From Candidatus Tepidifontimicrobium thermophilum (GTDB lineage: Bacteria > Sysuimicrobiota > Sysuimicrobiia > Sysuimicrobiales > Sysuimicrobiaceae): DNA of 61,301 nucleotides. The notes below the pieces were generated by a model. That model was not told the DNA's origin and ran no database searches. It worked only from the letters and a program-made list of their open reading frames with translations. Of this stretch, positions 45,566-55,873 are shown one piece after another (the first letter of the stretch is position 1; every line of letters begins with the position of its first letter). Both the position numbers and the translations under genes were made by a program. The stretch lies in assembly GCA_031459915.1 (NCBI GenBank), contig JAVKHO010000017.1, positions 1-61,301 on the forward strand. The letters run 5' to 3'.

Positions 45566-46378
45566 ATGACCCAGACCTACGGGGAACAGGACCTGCGCTT
45601 CATCGCGACCACGCTGGCGGAGAAGTCCGACCAGGTCCCGGTCCTGCTGTCGCAGTTGCGGCGGCCGGAGTTCCTGGAGGTGGCCCTGGAGGACGCCCGG
45701 CTGGTGGAGCGGATCCGGACCGACCCGGACATCACCCTCAAGATCTCCCCCCGCCTGCTGTTTGCCATCCTCCTCCGCCAGGTGGCGCGGGACGTCCGGC
45801 ACGCCCGCTACACCCTGGAACGGGTGGGCCTGCGGGAGTCCGTGCCCATCTTCGACACCCCCCGGGTGAACCAGCTCCTGGACGACGAGGAGGTCCTGGA
45901 TTACCTGGCCGCCATGCTGGCCTCCTTCGTCCGGACGGAGACCTACGTGGTGCACGTGTGGCACCGGGGCAGGCTGCAGCGGCTGCGGTTTTCCGACCTG
46001 AACATGGACGACATGGTGCGCCTCGCGCAGCTGGTGGAGGAGCCGTATCGCTTCCCGTTGCTGCGGCGGATTGCGGACATCGCCCTGTTCCTCACGGGGG
46101 TGTTCCCGGGCTACGTCCTGTCCCGCGGCGGCTACGCGCGCACGGTGCGGCCCGGGCGGGCTCTAGGAGGGGAGTGGCGCAGCCTGGAGGAGTACGAGCA
46201 GCAGGGGGCGACCTTCTACCGGCTGGCCGCGGAGCACCGGGACGCCGCGGAGTCCGGACTCCGGAGGGTGCTGGAGCGGCTGTCGGAGGACTTCCCCGCC
46301 GCGCGCAAGCCTCTCTCCCTGCTGGCGGACCGCTACCTGCGCTGGCAGCACCTGCGCCTGTTCTGGCACCTGCAGTAG
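45566..46378 (+). CDS. Hypothetical protein, 270 aa
   Basis: SD GAGGGGGAG plus ATG; strong GC3 bias; YLAAMLASF, RRIADIALFLTGVFP, GATFYRLAA segments. Confidence 0.85.
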   Translation: MTQTYGEQDLRFIATTLAEKSDQVPVLLSQLRRPEFLEVALEDARLVERIRTDPDITLKISPRLLFAILLRQVARDVRHARYTLERVGLRESVPIFDTPRVNQLLDDEEVLDYLAAMLASFVRTETYVVHVWHRGRLQRLRFSDLNMDDMVRLAQLVEEPYRFPLLRRIADIALFLTGVFPGYVLSRGGYARTVRPGRALGGEWRSLEEYEQQGATFYRLAAEHRDAAESGLRRVLERLSEDFPAARKPLSLLADRYLRWQHLRLFWHLQ

Positions 46379-46384
46379 GGCGGG

Positions 46385-46957
46385 ATGCGCATCTACGCCA
46401 CCGCGGACCTGCACGGCCGGCCGGACCGGATCCAGGCGGTGCGGGAGGCCGTGGGGCGTCTGCGGCCGGACGTGCTCATTCTGGCCGGGGATCTCACCCA
46501 CTCCGGCCGCGGCCGGGAGGCCCTGGAGTTGCTGGAGCTCCCTGACGTGGTGGTGCTGGCCATCCCCGGCAACATGGACCCCTTTGACGTGGACGAGGCC
46601 ATCGTCCGCAGCCCTGCCCGCAGCCCGCAGCGCGCCTGTGTGGAGCACGGAGGGGTCCGGTTCGGCGGCCTGGGGGACGAGCCGTGCGACGTGCTGGTGG
46701 TGCACGAGCCGCCGGCCGGGGTGCTGGACCGGGCGTGGAGCGGCGCCCACATCGGTTCCGTAGCGGTGCGGGACTACGTGGAACGTCACCGGCCCCGGGT
46801 GGTGGTGTGCGGGCACGTGCACGAGTCCCCGGGTGTGGAGCGGCTGGGGGACACCCTGGTGGTGAACTGCACCATGGGCAACGACCGGTACTTGGGAGCG
46901 CTCATCACGTGGCAGGCCCCGGAGCCCCGGGTGGAACTGCTGCCCCGCTCCGGCTGA
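46385..46957 (+). CDS. Calcineurin-like metallophosphoesterase
   Basis: ADLHG, AGDL, PGNMD, VHEPP, CGHVHE. Confidence 0.9.
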   Translation: MRIYATADLHGRPDRIQAVREAVGRLRPDVLILAGDLTHSGRGREALELLELPDVVVLAIPGNMDPFDVDEAIVRSPARSPQRACVEHGGVRFGGLGDEPCDVLVVHEPPAGVLDRAWSGAHIGSVAVRDYVERHRPRVVVCGHVHESPGVERLGDTLVVNCTMGNDRYLGALITWQAPEPRVELLPRSG

Positions 46958-46976
46958 CGTCCCTGGGAGGTGTGCC

Positions 46977-47507
46977 GTGAACCTCATGGGAGGGATCCAC
47001 CCCGTCGAGGCGTACGACTACCTGGTCCTGGCCAGAAGCCGGCTGCTGGACTGGGTGGGCCAGCTGACCCACGCGCAGTACGCGCAGGAGTTCCCGATCG
47101 GGCACCGCACGATCCGGGCAACCCTCGTCCACGTGGCCTCTGCGGAGTGGGGCTACGCACGGCGCCTGCAGGGGCAGCCGGTGCCCCCTCTGGCCGAGCG
47201 GCCATTCGCCCGGTATGCCAGCGAGCCCTTCCCGCCTCTGCAGCAGGCGTGGGCCGAGCAGGCGGACCGCACCCGGACCGCCCTGCTCGAGGTGCGCGAC
47301 TGGTCAGCTCCCGTGGAGTACGTGTCCACCTTCGGGGGCCGGAAACGCCGCTACCGGACCACCGCCGCAGGAGTCGCCCTCCAACTTCTGTTCCACGAGG
47401 TCCACCACCGGGCGCAGGTGATGTTCATGCTGCGGCAGCTGGGGTTCGACGCGACCAACCTGGACTACTCCGTCCTCGCTTTTCTGGTGGAGGACCTGGA
47501 GCCGTAG
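46977..47507 (+). CDS. DinB/YfiT-family protein
   Basis: TIRATLVHVASAEW and FHEVHHRAQ His triad. Confidence 0.9.
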   Translation: MNLMGGIHPVEAYDYLVLARSRLLDWVGQLTHAQYAQEFPIGHRTIRATLVHVASAEWGYARRLQGQPVPPLAERPFARYASEPFPPLQQAWAEQADRTRTALLEVRDWSAPVEYVSTFGGRKRRYRTTAAGVALQLLFHEVHHRAQVMFMLRQLGFDATNLDYSVLAFLVEDLEP

Positions 47508-47956
47508 GCCCGGCCGCGCCGCGCCCCGAGTCCCCGCAGGGCCACCCGGGCGCACAGCGACCCGCGTTCCGCCGCCTCGCGCAGGTCCTCCGCGGCGCCG
47601 AGCCGCCAGGCCACGTAGTAGGTGACCTCCGCGTCCTCGCGCGGGGGCGGCAGCTGCGGAGCGGCGCGATCCAGCTCCGCCTCGTACACCGTCATCTCCA
47701 GCCGGTATCCCGGCCGCTGCTGCGAGGCCCGACCTAGCACCCGCAGCAGCCGCACCCCGCAGCCCAGTTTCTGTCGGCCCACCCGTAGCGCCGCCGCTTC
47801 CTCCGTCTCCCCGGGCACCAGGGAGACCGCGGGCAGTCCCCAGATCCCCGGCAGTTCCTCGCCCGGCCCCTCCGGCCGACGCACCACCACAAAGCGGCGG
47901 CGGTCTCCGGCAGGGTATGCCACCAGGGCCACAGACCGCTTGATCCCAGGCTCCAC
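47465..47956 (-). CDS. Nudix-fold protein with a degenerate Nudix box
   Basis: VVVRRP, PGIWGLPAVSLVPGETEEAAALRVGRQKLG; TATACT 6 nt upstream of GTG. Confidence 0.75.
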   Translation of the reverse strand: MEPGIKRSVALVAYPAGDRRRFVVVRRPEGPGEELPGIWGLPAVSLVPGETEEAAALRVGRQKLGCGVRLLRVLGRASQQRPGYRLEMTVYEAELDRAAPQLPPPREDAEVTYYVAWRLGAAEDLREAAERGSLCARVALRGLGARRGRAYGSRSSTRKARTE

Positions 47957-48022
47957 GGCGCCAGTATACTGGGCGCAGGTACGCGGCCCGGGCTTCGTCC
48001 GGGCGGCGCTCCGGGAAACGCC

Positions 48023-48361
48023 GTGACGGTGCGGGTGACGTTCCTGTACTGGGAAGGCTGCCCCTCTCACGGGGAAGCCCTGAGTCGCCTCCACGAGGCG
48101 ATCCGGGAAGAAGGGGTGGAAGCGTCCGTGGACGTGGTGCGGGTGGACACGGAGGAGGACGCGCGGCGGTGGAAATTTGTGGGGTCTCCCACCATCCTGG
48201 TGGACGGGGAGGACGTGGCACCGACGGAGGGCCTCCCCTACAGGCTCACGTGCCGCGCCTACCGGCACGAGGACGGTCGCATCTCGCCGGTCCCGAGCAC
48301 CGAGCAGATCCGAGCCGCCCTGCGGCGGGCCCGGGAGACCTCGGGTCCGACAACTCGATGA
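48023..48361 (+). CDS. Small thioredoxin-fold protein (DUF2703/DF-family-like)
   Basis: LYWEGCPSH, FVGSPTILVDG, TCRAY. Confidence 0.85.
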   Translation: MTVRVTFLYWEGCPSHGEALSRLHEAIREEGVEASVDVVRVDTEEDARRWKFVGSPTILVDGEDVAPTEGLPYRLTCRAYRHEDGRISPVPSTEQIRAALRRARETSGPTTR

Positions 48362-48373
48362 GGAGGTGCAGCC

Positions 48374-48928
48374 GTGGCCAACCTGAAGACCGGTGACCCT
48401 GCCATCCCCTTCCGGCTCCCCGGCGTGGACGGCCGGGAGCACGCCCTGGACGATTACGCGGACCGGCAGGCGGTGGTGGTGATCTTCAGCTGCAACCACT
48501 GCCCGTACGTGCGGGCGTGGGAGGACCGGATGGTGGCCATCCAGCGGGACTACGCCCCCCGCGGGGTGCAGTTCCTGGTGATCAGCAGCAACGACCCGGA
48601 GCAGTACCCAGAGGACAGCTTTGACCGGATGCGGGAGCGGGCCCGCGAGAAGGGGTACAACTTCCCGTACCTGTACGACGGGACCCAGGAGGTGGCGCGG
48701 GCCTATGGGGCGGAGCGCACCCCCGAGGTGTTCGTGTTCGACCGGGACCGCCGCCTGCGCTACCACGGGGCCATCGACGACCACTACGAGGACCCCAACA
48801 AGGTCCGCCGGCACTACCTGCGGGAGGCGCTGGACGCGGTCCTGGAGGGGCGGCAGCCGGACGTGGCGGAGACCCCGCCCGTGGGCTGCACCATCAAGTG
48901 GCGTCCCGCCTCGCAAGTGGCCCGTTAG
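48374..48928 (+). CDS. AhpC/TSA thioredoxin-family protein
   Basis: FSCNHCPYV, ISSND...YPEDS, YGAERTPE, YHGAIDD, GCTIKW. Confidence 0.92.
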   Translation: MANLKTGDPAIPFRLPGVDGREHALDDYADRQAVVVIFSCNHCPYVRAWEDRMVAIQRDYAPRGVQFLVISSNDPEQYPEDSFDRMRERAREKGYNFPYLYDGTQEVARAYGAERTPEVFVFDRDRRLRYHGAIDDHYEDPNKVRRHYLREALDAVLEGRQPDVAETPPVGCTIKWRPASQVAR

Positions 48929-49680
48929 GCGGTACCCGGAGCCCTGGGGCCGATCAGCGGTTCAAGTCCCTCCTCGGCTCCGCAGCGCAGGGACAGGTGC
49001 GCCAAAGGTGTGAGGGGAGTCTGCTCCGGGTTGACCTCCACGAGATAGGCGCCGCCGAGCCGGGCCAGCCTGCCCAGGGAGGCCGCGGGTTCCACCACGG
49101 CGCTGGTACCCACCACGAGGGCGACCTCCGCGGTCCGGAAGGCCTCCGCCGCGCGCTGGTAAGCCCGCCCGGGGACCAGTTCCCCGAACCACACCACGTC
49201 AGGCCGCGCCCGCGACCCGCACCGCGGACATCTAGGTGGCGGCATGAAGGTCTCCGGCGGTGGCAACGGGAAGCGGTGCTGGCAGGCTTCACAGCGAGCC
49301 CGGTGCAGGCTCCCGTGCAATTCCACTAGCCTCTGCGAGCCCGCGCGGGCGTGCAGGCCGTCCACGTTCTGCGTGACGAGGAGAAAACCGTCGCCCTTGT
49401 CGCGCTCCAGCTGCACCAGCAGCTCGTGAGCGCGGTTCGGCCGAGCCTGATACGCCAGCCGATAGCGCCAGGCGTACCAGCTCCAGACCCGCTGCGGGTC
49501 CCGGGCGTATGCCTCCGGGGTAGCCAGCTCCTCGGGCCGCACGCCCTCCCAAAGGCCGCCCGGGCCTCGGAAGGTAGGGATGCCCGACGCCGCGGAGATC
49601 CCGGCACCCGTAAGCACGGCAACCCGGTGCGCCCGTTCGATGCACCGCCGCGCTTCCTCCACCCGCTCCGCCGCCCTCAC
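48925..49680 (-). CDS. cobB: NAD-dependent protein deacylase (sirtuin)
   Basis: TGAGISAASGIPTFRG, TQNVDGLH, ELHGS, CxxC...CxxC, GTSAVVEPAA. Confidence 0.95.
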   Translation of the reverse strand: MRAAERVEEARRCIERAHRVAVLTGAGISAASGIPTFRGPGGLWEGVRPEELATPEAYARDPQRVWSWYAWRYRLAYQARPNRAHELLVQLERDKGDGFLLVTQNVDGLHARAGSQRLVELHGSLHRARCEACQHRFPLPPPETFMPPPRCPRCGSRARPDVVWFGELVPGRAYQRAAEAFRTAEVALVVGTSAVVEPAASLGRLARLGGAYLVEVNPEQTPLTPLAHLSLRCGAEEGLEPLIGPRAPGTA

Positions 49681-51027
49681 GGAACTGCACTCGCCTCCCG
49701 CGGCAGACGGACCCGGAACTCCGTCCCGGCCCCGGGGGTGCTGCGCACGTCTACCCGTCCCCCGTGCGCTTCCACCACCTCCCGGACCAGGGCCAGCCCG
49801 AGGCCGCTTCCCTCGGGTCCGCGGCCTGCTGCGGGGACCCTGTAGAACCGGTCGAACACCTTCGGAAGGTGCTCCGGAGCAATCCCCACACCGGTGTCCG
49901 CCACCACCAGCTCCACAGACCGGTCCGACGCCGACGCGCGGACCGTCACACGCCCCCCCGCCGCGGTGTACTTGATGGCGTTGTCCAGCAGGTTCCGGAC
50001 CGCCAACCCGATCTGCTCCGGGTCCGCCAAAACCTCCGGGAGGTGAGGAGGAACGTCCACCTCCAGCCGCAGCCCCGCGTCCGCGGCCAAAGCGCTCACC
50101 TCCTCCACCAGCTCGTACAGCACCGGTGCCAGGTCCACGGGCCGCCGTTGCGGCGCACCAGTCTCCTGAACCGCCGCCAGCACCAGCAGGTGGTCGGTAA
50201 GCCTCCGCAGGCGGTCCAGCACCCGCAGGGTGTCGTCCACAAACTCCAGCGCCACGGGGTCCCGGGCCACCTTGTCCCGCAGCACCTCCAGGCGCAGGCG
50301 CACGCTTGCCAGAGGGGAGCGCAGCTCGTGCGCCGCGCGTGCCGCGAACGCCCGCTGCTGCGCCACCATGGCCTCCACCTGCTCCGCCATCCGGTTGAAG
50401 CTGGACCCCAGGCGGCGGACTTCCTCTGCCCCCTCCACCCGGACCCGCTGCGACAGCCGCCCTGCCGCCACCGCGTCCGCCGCGTCCGTCAGCAGCCGCA
50501 GGGGTCGCGTGATCCACGCAGCCAGGAGGCTAGTCGCCACCGCCACCGTCCCCACCACCGCCACGCCCGCGGCCGCCAAAGCTGCCCACGCGGTCCGAAC
50601 CGGCGCCAGCACCGCCGCCTCAGGCACCGACAGCTCCACCGCCCCTCGGGCGCGGCCATCCTCGTCCGCGACGGGTACCGTGGCGTACAGCCGGCGCCCG
50701 GAGCCTTCCACGCCCCATCCCTGTCGCGGGACCGTCGGGTGCGAGGACACGGCCGGCTCCGAGGAGGCCAGCACGCGCAGGCGGCGGTCCAGGACCACCA
50801 CCCGAGCCCCCGTGCTGCGGGCGTACCCTGCCACCACCGCCTGCGGCAGCCGGTGGTGCTCCAGCGGCTCCTGGACAACCGCAGCCACAATCAGCGCCTT
50901 CGCCACCAGCTCGTGGTACGCCCGCTCCTCGGCGCTGCGCTTCAGTTGGTAGCCGGACCAAGCCGCCAGCCCGCCCACTCCCAGGACCAGCAGCCCCAGG
51001 TACAGCCCCAAAATCTGCCAGCGCAGG

Positions 51028-51038
<11 letters not shown>
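49677..51038 (-). CDS. Sensor histidine kinase (2TM-HAMP-HisKA-HATPase)
   Basis: AAHELRSPL, NLLDNAIKYT, DTGVGI, FDRFYR, GSGLGL. Confidence 0.94.
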
Positions 51039-51740
<702 letters not shown>

Positions 51741-51744
<4 letters not shown>

Positions 51745-52406
51745 CGCCCCGTCACCTCACCCCGCGACGCCCGTCTTGCCGATCCGTCCCAAGTCCGCAA
51801 CCCGAGGAGGACGGCCACCACCGCCGCGGACGCCGCGACCGCGGTGCCCGTAGCAGGACCCACGTCGGTTCCCGCACCCAACAGGTGCACCGTGCCCAGT
51901 CCGTACGCTCCAAAGGCAGCATAGTGCAGGCCGCGCCAGAACCGGTAGCCGGTGCGGCGGCGCACCCACGAGCTCCCGTACACCGCCGCCGCCAAGTACG
52001 CGGCCAGCTGGCCCAGTCCCACCCAGGCCGTCCGCTCGGGAAAGCGGAAGGGGACCAGGATGTCCGCCCCGTCCGGCTGCACGTACCGGTCGCCGAGGAG
52101 GGCCAGCGCGTGGGCGCCCAGGAACACCAGGGCCAGCCCCGCGGAGAACCGGTGCAGCTCCGCCAGGACCGCCGCGGTGCTCCCCCGCGTCAGCCTCCCG
52201 GACAACGACACACCCAGACACGTGGCCAGCCACAGGAGCCCGTAGCTCACCCAGCCCGTGCTGCGGTTCGCGTACCAGAACGCCTTCGTCTCGGGCGCGG
52301 CAAGGGCGGCGGCCCACACCGGCGCTCCAGAGCTCGCCCACAGGGCGCCGGAGGCGGCGCCCACCCCCGCCGCAGCACCCAACGCCAGCACCGTGCGTAA
52401 CCGCAC
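51741..52406 (-). CDS. Ferric-reductase-like (MsrQ-like) heme b membrane protein
   Basis: WYANRSTG, LHRF...AH, WRGLHY...VH..GAGTD: four candidate heme-ligand His. Confidence 0.85.
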
Positions 52407-52407
52407 T

Positions 52408-53352
52408 TCAGCCCACCTCCTCCTGAGAACCTCGAACTGCGCGGTCCAAGGCCAGCCCGCGGAACCAGAGCCTTCCGTCCCTGCGGACGACCACGGCCCG
52501 TACGCGGGTCCGGTGCGCCAGGTACAGCTCGGCCGCTTCCGTGCCCAGCACCACCAGGGCCAGGGCGTGGGCGTTGGCCTCCACCGCGTGCCGTGCCAGC
52601 ACCGTGGCGCTTGCCACGTCGGTGCGGGCCGGCAGACCCGTGCGGGGATCGATGAGGTGGTGCGCCACCTGGTGGCCGGCACGCCAGCGGCGGACGTCGG
52701 TGCCTGAGGTGGCTAGGCCGCCTCGGCGCAGCCACAGGGCCCCCAAAGTGCCGCCCGTCGCCTCCACCGCCACCGGCCAGCCCGGCCACCCAGGGGGGAC
52801 TCCCCGCACCGCTACGTCCCCACCCGCTTCTACCAGACACGGACCGAACCGACGCAGCTCCGCGGCCAGCTGTTCCGCTGCGTACGCCTTGCCCACGCCT
52901 CCCAGGTCCACCCTCAGTCCGGGCGGGAGGAAGACTACGGGCCTTAGACGGTGTAGCCGGACGAGCCGCCAGCGTCCGAAGACGGCGGGGTCCGGGTCCG
53001 GAAGCCCTTCTGCCGCCGGAAGCTGCTCGAAGCTGGCCCCGTAACCCGCGGCCTCCAGTTGGTCCAGCAGAGTCGGGTCGTACAGCCCTCCGGTGGCCCG
53101 GGCCGCCCACAGGGCCCACCTCAACGCCCGCCACAGGACCGGGTGCACCCGCACCGGGCTTCCCGAAGACCGGTTGAGCCGGCTCAGCTCGCTGTCCTCG
53201 CGGAACCGGCTCAACAGCAGCTCCAGGTGCGACGCGTGTGACCTCGCGGCGAGCATCGCACGACGGGCAGTGCCCGCGTCCGGAACCGCCACGCACACCC
53301 GGAACTCGCAACCCATGGCCCGGAAGCTGCCGCGGAACACCTGCAGGCTCAT
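52408..53352 (-). CDS. apbE: FAD:protein FMN transferase
   Basis: FRAMG, LSRFREDSELSRLN, TGGLYDPT, DLGGVGKAY, ATSG, HHLIDPRTG. Confidence 0.93.
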   Translation of the reverse strand: MSLQVFRGSFRAMGCEFRVCVAVPDAGTARRAMLAARSHASHLELLLSRFREDSELSRLNRSSGSPVRVHPVLWRALRWALWAARATGGLYDPTLLDQLEAAGYGASFEQLPAAEGLPDPDPAVFGRWRLVRLHRLRPVVFLPPGLRVDLGGVGKAYAAEQLAAELRRFGPCLVEAGGDVAVRGVPPGWPGWPVAVEATGGTLGALWLRRGGLATSGTDVRRWRAGHQVAHHLIDPRTGLPARTDVASATVLARHAVEANAHALALVVLGTEAAELYLAHRTRVRAVVVRRDGRLWFRGLALDRAVRGSQEEVG

Positions 53353-53585
53353 CGCGACGAGCGACTGGCGGCCACGGGCCGGTGCACAGACGGGACCGGC
53401 GGCAGTAGCTCCAGCCCGGCTTCCAGCTCCGTACCGTCGGCCTCCTGCAACGCCGGGCGCCCGAGCTCCCGGAACGCCACGGGAGCGTCCCGGGCGGCCA
53501 GCACGCCCCATCCCACCACGCTGGCCAGAATTGAAGCCGTGGTCAACAACACCTTCCACCTGAGCGCACCGCGGTCAGTCGTCAT
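53349..53585 (-). CDS. Small membrane-anchored protein, 78 aa, ending AASRSSR
   Basis: GGAGG plus ATG; one N-terminal TM segment; stop overlaps the apbE ATG. Confidence 0.75.
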   Translation of the reverse strand: MTTDRGALRWKVLLTTASILASVVGWGVLAARDAPVAFRELGRPALQEADGTELEAGLELLPPVPSVHRPVAASRSSR

Positions 53586-53916
53586 CCTCCGACCTCTCCC
53601 TTCCCTCGTGCCACTCACGTTCCCAACGGTCCGCACTTCGCCGGCCCTGCCTGTCGCCGCCGGCCAGGCGCTCCAGCAACCGGTTAGCTTCCTCCAGCCT
53701 CTGGCGGTACAGGGCCTCCCGCTGTCGGTACGCCGCCACGAGCCGTCGCAGCTGCTGCGACTCCTGCTGCAAGCGCTCCACCTGGGCCGCACACTCCCCC
53801 CGCGCCGGGCCCGCGGGGGTCTGCGCGCCCGCCAGGCGCAGGCCCAGTACCACGCCTGCCGACGCGAGAAAAGCCGCGCTGGCCGCCGCGACCAACCACA
53901 CCCCGATCCGGGACAT
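53575..53916 (-). CDS. Membrane-anchored coiled-coil protein, 113 aa, with an acidic/His tail
   Basis: GGAGG plus ATG; TM, then QVERLQQESQQLRRLVAAYRQREALYRQRLEEANRLL; ends HEGRERSEDDD. Confidence 0.78.
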   Translation of the reverse strand: MSRIGVWLVAAASAAFLASAGVVLGLRLAGAQTPAGPARGECAAQVERLQQESQQLRRLVAAYRQREALYRQRLEEANRLLERLAGGDRQGRRSADRWEREWHEGRERSEDDD

Positions 53917-53975
53917 CTGCGCACCTCCGTCACCAGGATCACGTGCAGGAATACCGCGGCCGGCCCGGCCGGGTG

Positions 53976-54013
53976 GTGAACGGGGCGGGATGGGATCGTT
54001 AACAATCGGTGAA
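53976..54013 (-). promoter_or_regulatory. Candidate OmpR-type direct-repeat operator
   Basis: TT(C/A)AC on the minus strand at 54013, 54002 and 53980 (11 and 22 nt spacing), upstream of the apbE operon. Confidence 0.5.
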
Positions 54014-54059
54014 AAGACGCCTTGCCCGACCGCCGGCGGTCCCCTACCCTGCCCTTGGT

Positions 54060-55412
54060 ATGGCAGGCTTCCAGAAAGGTCAGGAGCTGGTGCTCCGGGT
54101 GGACCGGCTGTCGTACGGCGGGCGCGGGGTGGCCCGGGCGGACGGCTACGTGGTGTTCGTCCCTTACACCGCGCCCGGCGACTTGGTGCGTGCCCGCCTG
54201 GTGCGGGCCAAGCGGTCCTTCGGGGAAGCGGAAGTGGTGGAGGTGGTGGAGCCGTCCCCCGACCGTGTAGCGCCTCCATGCCCGTACTTCGGCCGGTGCG
54301 GCGGCTGCACCTGGCAGCACCTGCGCTACGAGGCTCAGCTCGCGGCCAAGGAGCAGATCGTGCGGGAAAGCTTGGAGCGTCTGGGGGGACTGCAGGGAGT
54401 CCCCGTCCGGCCTATCGTGCCCGCGCCCCGGCCCCTGGGGTACCGGAACAAGATGGAGTTCGCCTTCCACCCCGAAGCCATCCTGGGCCTGCACGTGCCG
54501 GGACACTTCGACCGGGTGGTGGAGATCGACGAGTGCCTGCTGCCTTCGCCCCTGGCCAGCGCCGTGCTGCGGGAGGTGAAGGCCTTCGTGCGGGAACACC
54601 ACCTGTCCTGCTACGACCACCGCACCCGCCAGGGCTTTCTGCGTCACCTGGTGTACCGGGAAGGCGTCCGCACCGGGCAGGTGCTGGTGGCGGTGGTCAC
54701 CGCGCCGGGCCCCTTCCCGGACGGGCCGGAGCTGGCGCGCCGGCTGGTGCAGCGCTACCCGCAGATCCGGGGCGTGCTGTGGGCGCAGTCCGGCTCGCTG
54801 TCCGACGCGGTGAAGGTGGACCGGCTGGAGGTGCTCCGGGGCGAGTCCACCATCGAGGAGGAGCTCGGCGGCCTTCGGTTCGGGATCGGGCTGGAGACCT
54901 TCTTCCAGACCAACACCGAGCAGGCGGACCGCATGCTGCAGCTGGCGCTGGAGATGGCGGAGCTCCGGGGCGGAGAGCGCGTGGTGGACCTGTACTGCGG
55001 GGTGGGCACGTTCGCCCTCGCCCTCGCCCGGCAGGCGGGGTTCGTGTGGGGCGTAGAGGTGGTGGCGTCTGCGGTCCAGGCGGCGTGGGACAACGCGGCG
55101 CGGGCGGGCATCCGGAACGTGGAGTTCGTGCAGGGTGAGGTGCGCCACGTCCTGCCCGAACTGGTGGCGCGCGCGGGGACCCCGGACCTGGTAGTGCTGG
55201 ACCCGCCCCGGTCGGGAGCGGGAGGCAAGGTGATGCGGAAGGTGGGCCGGGCTGGCCCTCGCCGGGTGCTGTACGTGTCGTGTAACCCCACCACCCTGGC
55301 CCCGGACCTCAGGGAGCTGGTCCCCTTCGGCTACCGGGTCGTGGCGGTGCAGCCGGTGGACCTGTTCCCGCAGACCTACCACGTGGAGACCGTGGTGCTG
55401 CTGGAACGGTAG
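54060..55412 (+). CDS. rlmD: 23S rRNA m5U methyltransferase (RlmD/TrmA family)
   Basis: TRAM domain, CPYFGRCGGC, YRNK, FFQTN, DLYCGVG, DPPRSG, YVSCNP, DLFPQTYHVE. Confidence 0.95.
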   Translation: MAGFQKGQELVLRVDRLSYGGRGVARADGYVVFVPYTAPGDLVRARLVRAKRSFGEAEVVEVVEPSPDRVAPPCPYFGRCGGCTWQHLRYEAQLAAKEQIVRESLERLGGLQGVPVRPIVPAPRPLGYRNKMEFAFHPEAILGLHVPGHFDRVVEIDECLLPSPLASAVLREVKAFVREHHLSCYDHRTRQGFLRHLVYREGVRTGQVLVAVVTAPGPFPDGPELARRLVQRYPQIRGVLWAQSGSLSDAVKVDRLEVLRGESTIEEELGGLRFGIGLETFFQTNTEQADRMLQLALEMAELRGGERVVDLYCGVGTFALALARQAGFVWGVEVVASAVQAAWDNAARAGIRNVEFVQGEVRHVLPELVARAGTPDLVVLDPPRSGAGGKVMRKVGRAGPRRVLYVSCNPTTLAPDLRELVPFGYRVVAVQPVDLFPQTYHVETVVLLER

Positions 55413-55483
55413 GACCGGGTGCTTGGTTTTCCGGCACCATAGGGCGCGCCTGCGCCGTTAAAATCGCCTGGGAGGCGTACAGA

Positions 55484-55873
55484 ATGCGGGAGGAGGCCCG
55501 GCGGTGGATCGCCCAGGGGGACGCGGACCTGGCGTACGCCCGCGCCAGCTGTGAAGCCGGCTTCTACTTCGGCGCCGCCTTCGCCTGCCACCAGGCCGCG
55601 GAGAAGTGGCTGAAGGGGGCCATCATCGAGCTGCAGCGCCGGCTCCCTCCGAAGACGCACAACCTCGTGGAGCTGGGGAGGACCCTGGGCGTGCCGGAGG
55701 ACGTCATGAGTGACCTGCGCCTGCTGAACCCGGAGTACGCCACCTCTCGCTACCCGGACGCGGCTAACGGAGTCCCCGCGGAGAACTACGACCTGCGGAA
55801 GGCCCGACAGCTGCTGGAGGCCACGGAGCGGGTCCAGCGATGGGTCACCTCGGCGTTGACCGCGCAGCGCTAG
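55484..55873 (+). CDS. HEPN domain protein
   Basis: AFACHQAAEKWLKG, PKTHNLVEL, YATSRYPD. Confidence 0.9.
   Translation: MREEARRWIAQGDADLAYARASCEAGFYFGAAFACHQAAEKWLKGAIIELQRRLPPKTHNLVELGRTLGVPEDVMSDLRLLNPEYATSRYPDAANGVPAENYDLRKARQLLEATERVQRWVTSALTAQR

Noticed and set aside
48023..48361. Possible selenoprotein
   Set aside because: Both candidate positions are Cys codons (TGC); there is no in-frame TGA.
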